Source: Hydrogenimonas sp. | GTDB lineage: Bacteria > Campylobacterota > Campylobacteria > Campylobacterales > Hydrogenimonadaceae | Reading direction: 5' to 3' | Assembly (NCBI GenBank): GCA_015490295.1 | Contig: WFYC01000073.1 | Coordinates: 2,145-66,144, forward strand | DNA: 64,000 nt | Shown here: positions 62,599 to 64,000 of the stretch, piece after piece | Position numbering within the stretch: the first letter of the stretch is position 1 | Layout: each line of letters opens with the position of its first letter | Program-made: the position numbers and the translations under genes | Notes under the pieces: model-generated | The model's database searches: none | What the model was told of the DNA's origin: nothing | Seen by the model: the letters and a program-made list of their open reading frames with translations, nothing else

Positions 62599-63269
62599 TC
62601 GTTACCGGCTCGGACCGCGGAAGTAGGAGCGCATGGCTCTTTTCGAGGTTTCTGCTGCAGCTTTTCGGTCTAAAGGCACGCTTCGTACACCCATCTTCGT
62701 GGCGAAAAAGTCTACAGATGGACGCTCTTTTGATCTTGGGCGGCGTAGATATTGACCCAAAAACATACGGGGGGTCACGCCATCACAGCGTTACGAAAAC
62801 GGACCCCAAAAGAGATGCTATGGAGCTGCAACTCTTGCAAAGAGCGGTGGAGGAGAGGCTGCCTGTTCTGGGAATCTGCCGCGGGATGCAGCTGATAAAC
62901 CACTTTTTCGGCGGAACGCTCTACCCGCATATCTACGACTTTACGCTCGAAGTTCACCACCCGCATACACCGTTTCCGCTTAAAACGGTGACACTTGAGC
63001 CCGAAACGGCACTCCATGAACTCCTGAACCAGACAACGATCAGGGTAAATGCTCTACATCATCAGGCGGTAGAGCGGGTAGGAGAGGGCCTTCGCAAAGC
63101 GGCTCACGACCTAAACGGCATAATTCAGGCCGTAGAGTCGCTTGAAGAGCCGAGAATCACAGGACTTCAGTGGCATCCCGAGTTTATGCCCTACCAGTGG
63201 CACAGCCGCACGATTTTCCATGCGTTCGCCAAAGCGGCCAGGGAGTCTGCAAAGCAGAGGAGCGGATGA
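62577..63269 (+). CDS. Class I glutamine amidotransferase / peptidase C26 (PuuD-like)
   Basis: GG.DIDP..YG, LGICRGMQ (catalytic Cys), VNALHHQAV, QWHPE; start 62577 (TTG) or 62556. Confidence 0.9.
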   Translation: MAEKPLVIVTGSDRGSRSAWLFSRFLLQLFGLKARFVHPSSWRKSLQMDALLILGGVDIDPKTYGGSRHHSVTKTDPKRDAMELQLLQRAVEERLPVLGICRGMQLINHFFGGTLYPHIYDFTLEVHHPHTPFPLKTVTLEPETALHELLNQTTIRVNALHHQAVERVGEGLRKAAHDLNGIIQAVESLEEPRITGLQWHPEFMPYQWHSRTIFHAFAKAARESAKQRSG

Positions 63270-63364
63270 ATAAAGTTATAGCTGCCCTGATGGCTCTGAT
63301 AGTCGTTTCCGGCGGGATTTGCGGCTTCTTCGGTTATACATGGCAGAAGATTTCCTACGCGTAA
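63266..63364 (+). CDS. Putative 32-aa single-TM small protein
   Basis: ATGA overlap with upstream stop, SD GAGGAG, MNKVIAALMALIVVSGGICGFFGYTWQKISYA. Confidence 0.45.
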   Translation: MNKVIAALMALIVVSGGICGFFGYTWQKISYA

Positions 63365-63527
63365 ACAGAGCGGCCGATACGATTCTGCCCGACGACAACT
63401 TCGCATACATCATCAACGCCGTCAGGAAAAAGGCCGGAATAATATATATTATCGATCTTCGTCGTGGTAGAATTGTACAAAGCTTTCGAGTGGTGGATTG
63501 TCAAACGAAAAAACGGAGGGCAAAAGA

Positions 63528-64000
63528 GTGGAGTATGATGTCGTAAAATCGTTGATTATCGCAATTTTGCTCGGTTTTGCGATAGGTATGCAGCGCTCCA
63601 TGACATATATCTACAAGGGTGAACAGACCTTCGCCGGCTCCAGGACATTCGCGCTGATAGCTCTGGCCGGATATCTGTCGGGATGGCTTCAGCAGTATAT
63701 ACCTGGATTTATACCGGTGTCGATGGCGGTTTTCGGTTTTCTGGTTGGTATATCGTATTTTATGAAGGTTCAGGCATCCAAAAAGTGGGGTATGACCACG
63801 CAGGTCGCGGCAATCGTAACCTTCATACTCGGGCTCATGATCCGTTTTGGCCTGGAAAACTACGCGGTATTCATAGGCGTCTTGATGATAATATTGCTGG
63901 AGATAAAGCCGAGACTCAGAAAGGTCGAATCGAATATCTCCGCAACCGATACAGACGCCGTAGTTCTACTGCTTGCCATGAGCTTCGTGGTTCTGCCAAT
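63528..64000 (+). CDS. MgtC/SapB-domain (DUF4010-type) membrane protein, 3' truncated by window
   Basis: GTG start behind GGAGG; LLGFAIGMQR...FAGSRTFALIAL...GMTT; not in the ORF track because no stop falls in the window. Confidence 0.82.
   Translation, partial: MEYDVVKSLIIAILLGFAIGMQRSMTYIYKGEQTFAGSRTFALIALAGYLSGWLQQYIPGFIPVSMAVFGFLVGISYFMKVQASKKWGMTTQVAAIVTFILGLMIRFGLENYAVFIGVLMIILLEIKPRLRKVESNISATDTDAVVLLLAMSFVVLP

Noticed and set aside
63319-63546. 75-aa ORF possibly continuing the 32-aa peptide by frameshift
   Set aside because: No recognisable domain, and it runs across the likely promoter and SD of the next gene

Overview
Chromosomal window from a free-living Campylobacterota bacterium. 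The gene content and order resemble Campylobacter/Helicobacter but GC is visibly higher, suggesting a Hydrogenimonas-like vent lineage (inference). Most of it is core genome: tyrA/bamA, ppx, cosR(hsrA) with its kinase, folB-plsY, nadAC-flhB, lpxC-thrB-infB-rbfA-rimP-ribD-ubiE-xseA, aroQ-folK-flhFG-fliAMY, mnmA, tRNA-Pro(CGG), prs, lepA and comF. There are five accessory blocks. (1) 1-7955: a DUF2202 ferritin-like gene, three c-type cytochromes, a TolC/adaptor/FtsX-type ABC exporter and a two-component system, with an OmpR-type direct repeat resembling the HssR box. (2) A MoxR-DUF58-VWA (Bat-like) operon. (3) A papain-family protease inserted between sppA and the MqnF-like gene. (4) The best candidate for an undescribed system: a c-di-GMP-I (GEMM) riboswitch upstream of a DUF1800-like lipoprotein and a Tat-exported DUF1501-like protein. 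(5) A DEAD-box helicase with a ~230-nt four-hairpin leader, followed by an amidoligase, a class I glutamine amidotransferase and a 32-aa ORF. No CRISPR array, rRNA, transposase or integrase was seen. All family calls come from motif recognition by eye; no database searches were run.
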